Positions 48,131-61,352 of a DNA stretch of 64,000 nt are shown piece by piece. Position 1 is the stretch's first letter. Each line of letters begins with the position of its first letter. Location of the stretch: positions 25,544,001 to 25,608,000 of the forward strand of contig NC_043008.1 of assembly GCF_006345805.1 (NCBI RefSeq), in the 5' to 3' direction. The notes below the pieces were generated by a model. That model did no database searches. It saw only the letters and a list, made by a program, of their open reading frames with translations, and was not told where the DNA came from. Position numbers and translations under genes: made by a program. The stretch comes from Octopus sinensis. Lineage: Eukaryota.

Positions 48131-50526
48131 GGTCACCCAGGCACTGCAAAGACTAAGCAACTGGAAGGCACCTGGGCATGACAAGATCCCCAACTTCTGG
48201 TTGAAATATCTAACAGGAATGCACAAAAAGCTGGCTGAAAACTTTAACAACATACTAGCAGAGCCAGAGACAATGCCTGAATGGCTCACGAAGGGGAAAA
48301 CCATCTTAATTCCCAAATCAAATGAAACAGAAAAACCAGAAAACTACAGACCAATAACCTGCCTCCCTACTATGTTCAAGACATTTACTGCAGTGATATC
48401 ACAAAGGCTGAACAAGCACCTGGACGAAAACAAACTGTTCCCAGAAGAGCAGAAAGGATGCCGCAAAGGCTCATATGGCTGTAAAGATCAACTAATGATT
48501 AATAAAGCCATAACTGAAGACAGCCACAGAAAGAAGAAAGGCCTCAGTATGGCCTGGATTGACTACAAAAAGGCATTTGATAGCATCCCCCACACATGGA
48601 TCCTCGAAACACTAGCCATTAACAAAGTAGCACCAACAATCATAAAATTCATAGAGCACTCTATGAATAAATGGCAAACAGTCCTACACCTCCAAACAAA
48701 AGAGGGACTCATGAAAACCAAAGATATCCCCATTAGAAGAGGAATATTCCAGGGAGACATGCTCTCTCCACTCCTTTTCTGCTTGGCACTGTCACCTCTA
48801 TCTGATATACTAAATAGAACTGGATGCGGATATAAATGTTACGGCAAAACGATCAGCCACCTTTTATATATGGATGACCTAAAACTATACGCTGCAAATG
48901 ACAAACAGCTGGAAACACTATTAAAGACAGTTCATGGATCTACCAAAAAAATAGATATGAAATTTGGATTAGAAAAATGCGCCAAAGTAACCATGAAAAG
49001 AGGAAAACTAGTTAAGAGTAACAACATCACACTAGATAAAACCAATGAAATAAAAGAATTAGACCAAAGCCAAACTTACAAATACTTAGGAATCCATGAA
49101 CTAGATAAGACACAACACACACAAATGAAAGAGAAAGTAAAGAAAGAATATTATAGACGAGTTAGATCAATACTAAAAACAAAACTCAATGCTAAAAACA
49201 AGATAATAGGTATCAACACTTTAGCTGTCCCAGTTATAAGTTACAGCTACAATATCTTTAACTGGACACGAAATGAACTGACCAAAATAGATAGGAAAAC
49301 AAGAAAAATAATGACAGGATCTAGGATGCATCACCCAAAATCTGACATAGAAAGACTATATATACAACGTATAGAAGGTGGTAGAGGCCTTATACAGCTG
49401 GAAAACTACTATAAAATAACCACCATAGGACTGCAAAAATATCTACTTCAGAAGGAAGGAAAACTGATCCAGATAGCGGCAAAACACGAGCAAAACAAAA
49501 AACTGTTCTCAGTATTTAAGGAAGCTGACAAATACAAACAAGAAATCATACCACCTAATAAACATGAAGAAGAAGAAGAAGAAGATGAAGAAACAACAAA
49601 AGCTATAAAACAAATGAAATCCAAACTAAAAATAGAACAGCAACGAACCATGATAAAACGATGGCAAGAAAAGCCCCTTCATGGTAAATACTGGACTAAA
49701 CTAAACGCAAAAGAAATAGACAAAGAAAAATCCCAGCAATGGTTGAGAAGCTCAGGACTCAAAGCAGAAACAGAGGGATTTTTAATTGCAGCACAAGACC
49801 AAAGCCTCCCCACCAGAAATTACCAAAAACATGTAATGAAAAGAAATATTACAAGTAACTGCAGAATATGTGGAGATGGACAAGAAACAATAAATCATAT
49901 TATCTCTAGCTGCCCAGTCCTGGCTAAGAAGGAATATATTCACAGACATGACAGAGTTGGAACCTACATACATTGGAAGCTATGCCAACATTATGGAATA
50001 ACAACAGAAAAAAGATGGTATAGGCACACACCAGAAAAGGTCACAAAAAACGAGAAAGCAACCATACTCTGGGATATGCCAATACACACAGATAGAGAAA
50101 TTAAGGCCAACAGACCAGATATAGTTGTCAGAGATCATGAAGAAAAAAAATGCTTTCTAATTGCTGTATCAATACCGGCAGATGACAACGTGTCTCTAAA
50201 AGAAATGGAAAAACTCTCATAATACAAAGACCTGGAAATAGAGGTAACTAGAATGTGGAATCTGAAAACAGAAACAATTCCTATCATAGTCGGTGCATTA
50301 GGCATGATAAAAAAATATTCAGACAAATACATAACAAACACACCAGGACTTACAAACACATATAACATACAGAAAATTGCACTACTAGGCACTGCACACA
50401 TCCTACGCAGAACACTTTCCATACAATAACCATCAGAGCATCACAACAAATCACAGCACATACCCAAGGCACACAGAGCTGCGCTCAGTAGTGAAGTGAA
50501 AGCACGCTATAAAAATAAAACTACTG
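48131..50526 (+). mobile_element. R4/Dong RLE non-LTR retrotransposon, 5'-truncated, inserted in (AAT)n
   Basis: Flanked by (AAT)n on both sides. RT, CCHC finger and RLE domain, then a short 3' UTR ending AAAACTACTG(AAT)n. Dong elements are established TAA-repeat-specific elements. Confidence 0.95.
48132..50429 (+). pseudogene. Dong/R4 RT-RLE polyprotein (one premature stop at 50220-50222)
   Basis: WKAPGHD, NYRPITCL, EEQKG, WIDYKKAFDS, GIFQGDMLSP, YMDD, YKYLG, CRIC..ETINHIISSC, RHD, RPDIVV. SKY is mutated to S*Y; the frame continues to ...HILRRTLSIQ*. Confidence 0.93.
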
Positions 50527-50536
50527 AATAATAATG

Positions 50537-50594
<58 letters not shown>

Positions 50595-50602
50595 TAATAA
50601 AC

Positions 50603-51463
50603 GCCCTGATGCAGTACCAGGCAGTAGCTCTCAAGACTTCTGACCTTAACTGAATGGAAGTGTTATCATGTACATTGTTTTGTCTTGGTACACAAGATGA
50701 ACTACAGCAAATATTTTGCTCAATACCACAGATTTGCTTGTCAGTTGTTTGACCGTAACCAGTTGAGCATGTCCTTTGGTGGTTGACGATATGTGCATCT
50801 CTGTTCATGAGCAGAAGTGGTGTGGGAGCATCATAGCCATTTGTTAAGAAGTGTTCTTTGGATTTGGATTATTCACCTCTAGAAACTTCAGTGTTTTGAG
50901 CAGGATGGGCTACTCAGCCTGAAGAAAATTCTAACTGGGTCTCACTTGCAAAGCCATGCAGTTTTTATCTTGATACAAGATCACTATGTTGCACACAAAT
51001 GGTTGTGATGCATGTGCCTAGTGTACCCTTATCTGATGGGTAGTCATGCTGGGTATACTGGGCTTTGTATATTTTTACCTCAGTGTTGCTTCAATGGCAT
51101 GTATTGCTCTCATTCAGGTATAAAAAGATGGGCTACAGCAAATAGTGTGGAAGCATCATAGCAATGTGTTCAGAGGGATTCTTTGGGGTTTGAATAATTC
51201 ACCTCTGGAAACATCCTTAAATAACTCTTATTCAGGGACCTTTTGAGTGGGAAGGGCTACTCAACTTGAAGAAAATTCTAACTGGGTGCTACCTGCAAGG
51301 TCATGTGCTGTTAATCTTGATATGAGATCACCATGTTGTGCACATATGATTGTGATGCATGTGCCTGGTGTACCCTTATCAGACGGGTAGTCATGATGGG
51401 TATACTGGGCTTTGTATAGTTTATCCCAGTGTCACTTTGATGACATGCACTGCTCTCTCACTC
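50603..51463 (+). mobile_element. 555-bp element copies E (50603-51115) and F (51117-51463), both with internal deletions
   Basis: Same 5' start after (AAT)n. F is fused directly behind E and ends CTCTCTCACTC(AAT). Confidence 0.85.
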
Positions 51464-52379
51464 AATAATAATAGTAATAATCCTTTCTATTATAGGCACA
51501 AGGACTGAAATTATAGAGGAGTATGTTAGTTGATACACTGACCCCAGCACTTGAGTGGTACTTATTTCATTGACCCCCCCCCCCAAAGGATAAAAGGCAA
51601 AGTTGACCTTAGCAGAGTTTAAACTCAGAATGTAAAGACACTTGAAATACTGTTTTGCATGCATGCATACATACAGGCATACATACATACATACATACAT
51701 ATATACATAGATACATACATACTTACATATATACATACATGCTCAGATGCATACACATGCAGAGAAACAGAGATAGATAGTTGGAGAGAGAGAGAGAGAG
51801 AGAGAGCAGGGACAGGAGTAGGTGAACAAATGAAGAAAGTTACACTCATCACATTCTCTTGGAGTTGTATTTAATAACAGCTTGACTCATATCTGCATTT
51901 TAAGTTTTCATGGATGTAGAACATGTCTGCATGGTCAGATGTGCAGAGTCAAATGTGTGTCTGTGTGTATGCGTGCATGTGAGTGTGTATAAAGAAAGAA
52001 AGAGAGAATCCAGTGTACATCATATGTATTAATGTGTGTGTGTGTGTATGTATATGTATATATATATATTTACATGTATATATATATGATGCTTATAATA
52101 TGGATGCATATATTTATGCTTATAATATGGATGTATATAAACTTTTAAATGCCATTAGTATACACATGTACTTACACGTGTTATATAGTTGCTTGTTTAT
52201 CTGATTATCTCAGTAAATCCAGTTAGGAAATGTTGTCAGAAATAATTGAATGAAAAGACCACAGGTCAGAGTTGGAGTGTTGTTATTGTTTATGTTGTTG
52301 TTGTGGTGGTGATAGTGTTGGTGGCAGTAGCTACCACTACTTCTCTTGCTCTTAATGCTGTTTAAGAAGTAACATCTAT

Positions 52380-52404
52380 AATAACAATGATGATGATAAT
52401 AATA

Positions 52405-52444
<40 letters not shown>

Positions 52445-52603
52445 TGATGATGATGATGATGATAATAATAATGATAATGATAATAAAAATAATAATAATA
52501 ATAATAATAGTAATAATAATAGTAATATTAATAACAACAACAATAACAACAACAACAACAACAACAACAACAACTACAACAACAACAACAACAACAATAA
52601 TAA
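52380..52603. repeat. Compound (AAT)n/(GAT)n/(AAC)n microsatellite
   Basis: Direct reading. Confidence 0.95.
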
Positions 52604-52905
52604 TGTTTGCATAAAGTTGGGATGTTTGTTTGCTGATTTTCCACCATTGATTGATACTTTGTTGTTCCTCTGAAATCAAAAATAATTTATTAGAGATATA
52701 AAGGTCAATGAATTATCTATTGTTTCAAATGTCAAATCCAGATATGAATGAATGTATGTATGTATACAAATAAACACACAGATATATACACAGGCACACA
52801 CACATATACATATACATATGCCTATATACACACACATATATATGTATATATATGTGTGTGTGTGTGTAATGTATATATGCATCTATAAAGTGTATATATA
52901 TATTC

Positions 52906-52936
<31 letters not shown>

Positions 52937-54040
52937 CATACATAATACACACACATATATACCTATATATATTAAGTATATATGATGTATGTACGCATGT
53001 GTGTGTGTGTGTATAATACCACATACATTCATCACTAGCGTTTCATTGTGATTACACCTAAGTAAACTAATTTAGAATGTTTAAAGGGAATCCTTATTCA
53101 AACTTTAAGGCTCTGTAATGATAATGCCTATCTTGAGCTTCTCTCTCTACACTGAATGTCAGTCTATAAGTATAAATATTCTCAATGGAAACTCTTTCTG
53201 ATTGTAATGTATATATATTGCTCTCTCATAGCATTTCATAAACTACCTGATTTTGTCATATATATAAATGATAAATGCTATACTATAAGAAACTGTAATA
53301 CTTTCAATTTAGCTGATGATAATAATATTCTTTAAATGTGATAATTATAAAGTTTACTCAGAATATGAAACGCACCCTAAAACACAGTTTTCAACCATTG
53401 AGGCAAATATCTCTAAATACTTTAAACACTGAGCTTGTAGGCAACCTCTGCATGGCCACTGGATAATGCATATACTTAAAGAATGGAAAAGAACTTCAGT
53501 CATAGATCTGTTTTATTCTGATCTGACCTGGGGCTAAACAATATCATCAAGGTCATCATCATCATTGTCATTGTTGTCGTCGTTGTCATCTTCGTCATCA
53601 TTGTCTTCATCATCATCAACATCATCTTCACCACCACCATGATCCCCACACTGCTGCTACTGCCACCTCCACCAAATATCATGTAAACGATCCATTCAAG
53701 CAGGGTTGATCTGGGACTTAGCAACGACAATAACAACTGTATCTTTGATGAGTCACTGTACAACACTGCTCACTGCAATTGGGTAATTAAAAATGTATAG
53801 TCTAAATTTTAAGTATAGGAAATGATCATGTATCTTTTTACTTGTTTCAGTCATTAGACTGCAGCCATGCAGAATCTTTAGTCAAATGGATCAACCCCAG
53901 TATTTAATTTTGTTAAGTCTGGTCCTTTTTCTATTGATCTCTTTTACTGAGCCTCAAAGTTATAGGAACCTAAACACACCAGTACCAATTGTCTAGCAGT
54001 GATGGGGGACAGACACAGAAACAAAGACACACAGACTCAT

Positions 54041-54086
<46 letters not shown>

Positions 54087-54456
54087 CAGTCCAGAAACCA
54101 ATCCATGTGAGTCCAAATATTTGCATGTATGCTGAGAGATTGTCTTAACCCGTTTGCCTTTGGACAGTTGATTTCTGTAGTTACTATCAGTGCATTTTGG
54201 CAATTTAAATATGTTTTGACTGTTATTTTCAGCAGGTAGACATACTTAGCATATATTTTGATTAATTGTGATCCTTCAGCTATTCAATGCTTTCTTTGGG
54301 GGCTTGCATGCAATCGTCTGTATTATTGATTCAGTTATCATTTTTAAATTGTTAGACTAGATAATAATTGAGTCAATGATGTCTTTGTAAATTATTTTCC
54401 TGTGAATTATTTTTTCTTATGAATTATTTGCTTATATATATAAATATATAAATGTA

Positions 54457-54569
54457 CAGTAGTAGTTTTGAACACCTCTGATCATGAATAAATCATGCAC
54501 ACACACACATATATATATAAAGTATGATTTATTTATGATAAGAGGCCTTCGTAAACTGAGGTACTACTG
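54457..54569. mobile_element. Small TA-flanked inverted-repeat element (Tigger/pogo-like MITE)
   Basis: TA|CAGTAGTA...ATCATGAATAAATCAT [CA/TA] ATGATTTATTTATGAT...TACTACTG|TA. Confidence 0.55.
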
Positions 54570-55930
54570 TATATGCAAATGGTTTTAAGCAGTGTTGAGT
54601 CTTACATTTCTGTAAATAATAATAATAGTATTTTATAAGCTAGCAATCACTGCCCAATGACTACTTTCCTTAGTCATTGCATGGTGATTGCTATAAGTTT
54701 TAAGCTTATAAAATACTATCATATATATATATATGACTGACTTCTTTCACTTTCTGTATACCACAGTCAACTGCAAGCATGAGAAAAATTTAATTTCTCC
54801 AAATAAATCTTTCAGGAGCATTTCATTCACTAAATTTAATAGCTGACTCAATTCACCACTTAGTTTAACACTACCACTTTGCCCTTGAGTACTGTTTAGC
54901 AACACTGACTCTGGTGCAAGTCTTCAGCCCAGCTCTTTAATTTGATAATAACTTTGCTGTTCTTCATACCTGTCACAGAGTTCTAAAAAGAGTCTTGGAT
55001 GATGCTTTTCCTCCTCACACTATAGCATGGAGAAAATCTATATATCAAGGTAAGTGCAGGCAGGGCTGTGTGGTAAGAAATTTGCTTCCCAACCACATGT
55101 TTCTGGGTTCGGTCTCACTGCATGGTGCCTAGGGCATGTGTTTTGTATTATAGTCTCATTCCAAACAAAACCTTTTGAGTAAATTTGGTGGATATAAACT
55201 GAAAGAAGTCCATCATATATATCATACACCATATAATCTCTAATGAGCTATTTTTAAAGAGCCCAAGGTATGATTTTAGAAGGTGTGTGTGTGTGTTTGT
55301 CCCTCACCACCACTTGACAACAGTTGAAGCATGACTAGTTTTATCCACCACACTGTAAAAACAACCAGAAACAATTTCAAGAGAATTTGGGCTCATTATA
55401 ACATTATGCAGCAAAAAACTGTTATATATTTTGTCTGGTGCTTTACCAATTCTGCTGTCTATTATTACCATCAATTCATTTACAATTCCGATAAATAATC
55501 AATTATTTTCTTAAAACCCAAATATATATTAAAAAAATAGATCTACAGCAAAAAATTTCTCCACCTACAACTTAGCTTTGCTCCATTTATAACTGAATCA
55601 GCCAATATTTTTGTATTCATAGATGTTCAGTGCAACACAACTTTTAGCAATACTGTCTATCGTGAAATATTTTACTTATTATTTAAGTAATTTATAAAGA
55701 GAATTTTTTATATATATATATTATCTGCTTTAGTGACTTATGTTGCTAATGTTCATAGGAAAGGCATGGACGTCACATGTTCTTTTTCTCAGTGTTAAGA
55801 ATATTGCTAGGCACCTAGGCTAATTAACAAAGAAAAACAAAAGCAGGAACTCACATTATAGAGTTCTTCTTGTCACACAGTGACAGTCATGGGAAGAAAA
55901 GTCTAGAAGCATATTGGCTTAAATATATAC

Positions 55931-55961
<31 letters not shown>

Positions 55962-55986
55962 CATGCACATACATACACACAGATAT

Positions 55987-56018
<32 letters not shown>

Positions 56019-56058
56019 GTATATATATATGTATGTGTGTATATATATGTATATATAT

Positions 56059-56092
<34 letters not shown>

Positions 56093-57053
56093 TTATGAAA
56101 TGTCTCCTAGCCCTGTATAGTGTATTTGTTTATATTTATATTGCTTCCTGAACATATGCAGAAGAGACAGAAAAGTTTGAAGCATGCAAGTATGGCTTCA
56201 TGGTTCCTGCCATATTGGAAAACCATAAATCATTTGCTATGATTGTGGACCAAACGAACTAATTCAGGATTTTTTTACTATGTATTTTTATGTATTTTTA
56301 GTTGGTCATATATTTTAGCTGACAGTCAAATATAAATTGGGTTTAGACACAGTGAAAACCTATTATATCATGAACAGCTACACTAGAAGGCATTTTACTT
56401 GACAAGTATAGTTGGTATATTTTAAAAGGCTGTAAAGAATGGCTGCATTTCTAAAGCTTTGTGAATATGCATGTGTGGTTATATGCCTGCATGTGTGTGT
56501 GTGCTACATTTCTATAAATGAGTGTATGTGTGTATGTAAGTATTTGAGTGCTATAATTATCAAATTTGCATGATTAACAATTCAGTAATTTGTTTTACAA
56601 TGGGAGACTACATGTTAAGTACAAGCATTGTGCAGTACACCACATGTACAATAGTTAGAGACAAACAGCAGTATTACATATATATAGTTGTGGGAGCCTA
56701 CAATTGCTGATAGTCATCTGTAAAGTTTTAGACAATGAATTTCTGAGAGAAATTAGTCAGAGATGTCATCTACATGAAACAAGATTTATCACATTTATTG
56801 CAGTAAGCATTAAATATGGTAATTATAAATAGATATGAAAGTGGTAAAATGCTATATAAGTTAAAATAACTAACAGATTTTCCATTATTCTGGCAAATTC
56901 AAGAAACACCTCCAGATTTTTTTCAGTTTTATTAGACTTCATCAGGGATATACAAACAATATTGCATTTGCTAAAAAAGGGAGAGGGAATCATTAAGTAA
57001 ATATGATGCATCACAGTGTATGGGTGGGTGTAAAACTGTTTAAGAAACATATA

Positions 57054-57364
57054 CACTTTTTTCTTGACTTATGACTTATGCAACTTACAACCATCTGTAC
57101 TTACAACTACAAAAAATAAATAAATAAATCGACTTTTGGACGTTGGGCAGCTGTGCATATGATAACTATGGCAGCATCTGACAATGCAGACCTCCCTGAG
57201 ACCCAAGCATCCACTGCCTACCACTTTATCTCACTAAATCACTTTTAAGCACCAGTTATGTTTGAATGAAAATAGTGCTGAAAAATATAAATCTGACATA
57301 TAACCAAGTCAACTTACAACCTATCAGTCAGAATGGAACTCACTTGTAAGTCAAGGAGAAGGTG
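57054..57364. mobile_element. Tigger/pogo-like MITE
   Basis: TA|CACTTTTTTCTTGACTTA ... GTAAGTCAAGGAGAAGGTG|TA, with internal ACTTAC(A/G)AC subrepeats. Confidence 0.7.
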
Positions 57365-57939
57365 TACTTACAAGTCAAAGATATGTATATACATATAGGA
57401 ACAATGATGCAGATAAGAACATTACTTAGCCGTCTTGTGATTTCAGGTTCAATCCCGCTATATGACACATTGAGTAAGTGCCTTCACTGAAGCCTTTTGT
57501 TGACCAACATTTAGTGAGTGAAGGTTTACAAACAGCACTTATACTGCACTCCATCATTTATGTTTCTTAGGGATTATTTGAAGGTTTTTACCTTTGCAGA
57601 CTCCAAGTCAGTTACTAACAAATTGGTAAGGCTTTTGCATGTTTGTGTGCATGTGGATAAATTTGCCCTTGTGAACGTGCATCTTACAATAGGATGCAAG
57701 TGCATTATGTTTAATTACTGTTTATGTGTGTTCATTTTAGCAAAGTGTTGAAATAATTACATAACAATAATAGAAAAATTATGCAATTGTGATTTTCACC
57801 TCATCAGTATCCAACCATAAGTACATACATAATACATACATACATACATATATATATACATACACACACACATATATATATATATGTATATGTATATATA
57901 AACATACATACATATGTGTATGTGTGTGTGTATATAACA

Positions 57940-58865
57940 AGGCTGTGATGCAAATGATCTGATGATTTGCAACAGTAATTTCAGGAAATCAGACTTCTAC
58001 ATGATCACCCATCAAAGGCCAGTTTAATTACAGCCTCACTGGTTAGTGACTTCAGAATTAAAGTTAGGACTTAGAGAAATTAACCAGTCTAGAAAAGGAG
58101 GTTATGGAAGCTCAAAGACCCAGCAAGCCAGCAGAAATATAGAGAGATTGTGATGGAAGCTTTTGAGGAAGAGGAGTTGGAGACGTATCACTTAGAGGAC
58201 AATTGGAAGTTCTTGTGGAACAACTTAGTGAAGGCTACAAATCAAATCTATGGCTGGGGCAAAATCCCACCTAGGCTGAAGGTGACATGGTGGTGGAACA
58301 AGGAGGTAGACCCTAGTATTAAAACAAAGAGACAAGCCTAGAAAGACTTGGAAAATGGTGGTAGCAGAAAATTTTATCAGGTAGCTTGAAGGGAAGCTAA
58401 ATGGGAGATTTAAATAGTGAAACAAAAAGCAGGAAGAGATTTTCCATCGTTTTACAGTGTATGGATCAGAGATGTGAGGTGTTCTAGATTGCAAAGTAGT
58501 GTATCAGAGAGAATAAAGATGTGGCAGGTGAGAAATGTTTGCAAACTAATAGTGTTATACTTGTACTTAGTGATTCAGAGAAGAAAGATGCATGGTTGCT
58601 AAGTGTGAGAAATGCAGAGAGTCTTTCAAATACTGAATCAACTAAGGGACCAGCCATCAAACTTGAAAGCAGTATGAAATATAAGACAATTAAAGATGTG
58701 AAGACATGGAAACCTCATGGACTATCAGGAATCACTGGTGAGATATTTAAAGTATCTGTAGGAGTAGGATACAGCCAAGACACTTCTATAGTTAATCAGG
58801 TTATTCAAGAAGGTGTCATCCCCACTGACTAGTGCAGTAGTGTTATAGTTAACTGCTATAAGAGT
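57940..58865 (+). pseudogene. Decayed RTE ORF fragment
   Basis: CDANDLMICN, LWKLKDP, EDNWKFL, VTWWWNKEVD, VNQVIQEGVIPTD. Confidence 0.85.
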
Positions 58866-58871
58866 ATATGT

Positions 58872-59077
58872 ATAAATAACGGGAAAGTTTACGAAAATAA
58901 ACAAAAGATGAAGGCAGGTGGCGTACAAACAAACAAATGTATTAGTATAGCGCTCAGGAATAGAAATAGAAAAAGTCTTTTATGTTTCGAGCCTACGCTA
59001 TCCGACAGACAGATACACAGAAACAAGGAGAGAAACAAGGAGAGAAAAAATACATGTAGGAGCTAACGATCTATCAC
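58872..59077 (-). mobile_element. Short Penelope-pLTR-like repeat (same family as 24009-24101 and 61010-61570)
   Basis: Shared AAAAGA..AAG.CAGGTG..TACAAAC...TATTAGT and a degenerate hammerhead-like rc CTGTCGGA-TAGC-GTAG-GCTC-GAAAC. Confidence 0.55.
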
Positions 59078-59086
59078 ATATATATA

Positions 59087-59120
<34 letters not shown>

Positions 59121-59122
<2 letters not shown>

Positions 59123-59774
59123 CCAATTAAGGACTGAACACGAAAAGTGGACAGTCAACATGCTAGATATAGACGTCAAATCGCCATTCACCACAAAAGA
59201 TTATGTTCTCAGATCAAACTCAACACAAAACCATAGCAATAAACAAGTGAAAAATATACGAAATAAAATAATTACCCATGTACTAAATTAGTTTCAGCTG
59301 TTATTTTCCGCAAGGAAAACTGCAGCCATCATCAGCATGGTCCGTTATAAATGTAATTTGCTGGACTAGATGCAAACACGATACCGAAATATCGCGTGCA
59401 TGGAGTTCAGCCTATTACATTTGAATATATCTTTCAAATGCCTTTACTTTGGCGCGTTGAAACCCGAGAAAACTAGCCTGCAGCTAATAATTAGCAGCAG
59501 TTAATTTATCGGTTAGAGAACATATTATTTATATAAAATTAATTAAGGGTAGAAATTGATATTTATCAATTAAGACCAGTGGTCTAGCATATTAAAAAGA
59601 ATCCGAAGATTAAAATATTTATATATACCAATTAAGGACTGAACACGAAAAGTGGACAGTCAACATGCTAGATATAGACGTCAAATCGCCATTCACCACA
59701 AAAGATTATGTTCTCAGATCAAACTCAACACAAAACCATAGCAATAAACAAGTGAAAAATATACGAAATAAAAT
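59121..59774 (-). mobile_element. Retrozyme/Penelope-pLTR-like element: 505-bp unit plus partial tandem copy
   Basis: 59121-59269 and 59626-59774 look identical by eye. The unit contains a hammerhead; flanked by (TA)n. Confidence 0.8.
59276..59340 (-). ncRNA. Type I hammerhead ribozyme motif
   Basis: rc: CCATG-CTGATGA-T-GGCTG.cag.TTTTCC-ttgc-GGAAAA.taa.CAGCT-GAAA-CTAAtTTAG-TA-CATGG. All core nucleotides present; GUA triplet; stems I-III pair. Confidence 0.8.
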
Positions 59775-59788
59775 ATATATATATATAT

Positions 59789-59821
<33 letters not shown>

Positions 59822-60237
59822 CATATATATATATATTATATATACACGTATATATATGTGTGTGTGGATATCTACTACATATGTGGGAAATTCTGTCTGT
59901 AGGTGTGTTTGTGGAGTTGTTAGCTAACACCTCCTATATTGCTTTATCACTTCTGATTAAACTTGACACACGAGTAGAACTCATGTGTGGAAGCCTCATG
60001 GCATACTCAGATTGTTGAAAAAAATCGATAATAGGGCTCCTGGAAGGTATCCTTATATATATTTAATATATTTTATTTTAAAATCCAAAGGAAATAACCC
60101 ATTCGCCCTGGAATGGGTCCTTATATGTAGCAACACACAAGACAAAATGTCAGAAATACAGGTCAGTTATTCTTCTGCAACTTTTTGTAAATTCTTAAAT
60201 ATATCTCCTTCTGTGTGTGTATATACATATATATATA

Positions 60238-60288
<51 letters not shown>

Positions 60289-60608
60289 TATACTACCAAG
60301 CAAACAATATTTTTATTGAACTCAAAATACATTTTAGACTCCCGTTCTGATTACTTTCTAAAATACTTTCTTGTAAACTGTTTTTAACATTTTCTTATTA
60401 TCAAAAAATGTATATCTGTATTTTAATACTTTTGTGATAACCAGTACTTAACACAACAAAGCTTTCACAAAGCTCTACATTTTACTTTTGACAATCTTAT
60501 TCTAAAAAAGTGAAACCGGTCAAGCGAATAAACATCTTAAAAATTGCATTTTCAAACCTTCTTTCATATATATTTCCACTCATGTGGTACCTTACAACTT
60601 TACTTTGT

Positions 60609-60609
60609 T

Positions 60610-60670
<61 letters not shown>

Positions 60671-60786
60671 CATAAAAAAAAATATGTATACATACTTATA
60701 TATGTATGTATATGTACATATATATGCATATATATACATGTATATATGTATATATGCATATATATATGTATATACACATATACATA

Positions 60787-60818
<32 letters not shown>

Positions 60819-61005
60819 CACACATATATATATACAGATATGTGTGTGTATGCATATATATATGTCTATATGTATATATATTTATATACATATATACGTA
60901 TATATACTTATGTGTATTTATATATACATATATATATACATGTATATTTATATATACACATGTATATTTATATATACACATGTATATAAGTATATATTTA
61001 CATAT
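60609..61005. repeat. Compound (CA)n/(TA)n/(TATG) microsatellite
   Basis: Direct reading. Confidence 0.95.
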
Positions 61006-61030
61006 TTAGTGAGAATTTATAAAAAAAACA

Positions 61031-61218
61031 AAAGACAAAGACAAGTGTGTAAACAACAAATAGAAGTATTAGTTTAACGGTCGGGAAGTGAGAAAATCTT
61101 TTACATTTCAAGCCTATACTCTCCAACAGGAATTAATAAGGAGAGAAAATAGAAAAAAGTATAGTGGCTAGCGATTTATCCTGGCAAATGCCGGACATAT
61201 ACATTATGTATGTATATT

Positions 61219-61292
<74 letters not shown>

Positions 61293-61293
61293 A

Positions 61294-61352
<59 letters not shown>

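Noticed and set aside
52088-52139. 27-bp tandem duplication ATGCTTATAATATGGATG.ATATA
   Set aside because: Local slippage within low-complexity DNA; no further signal.
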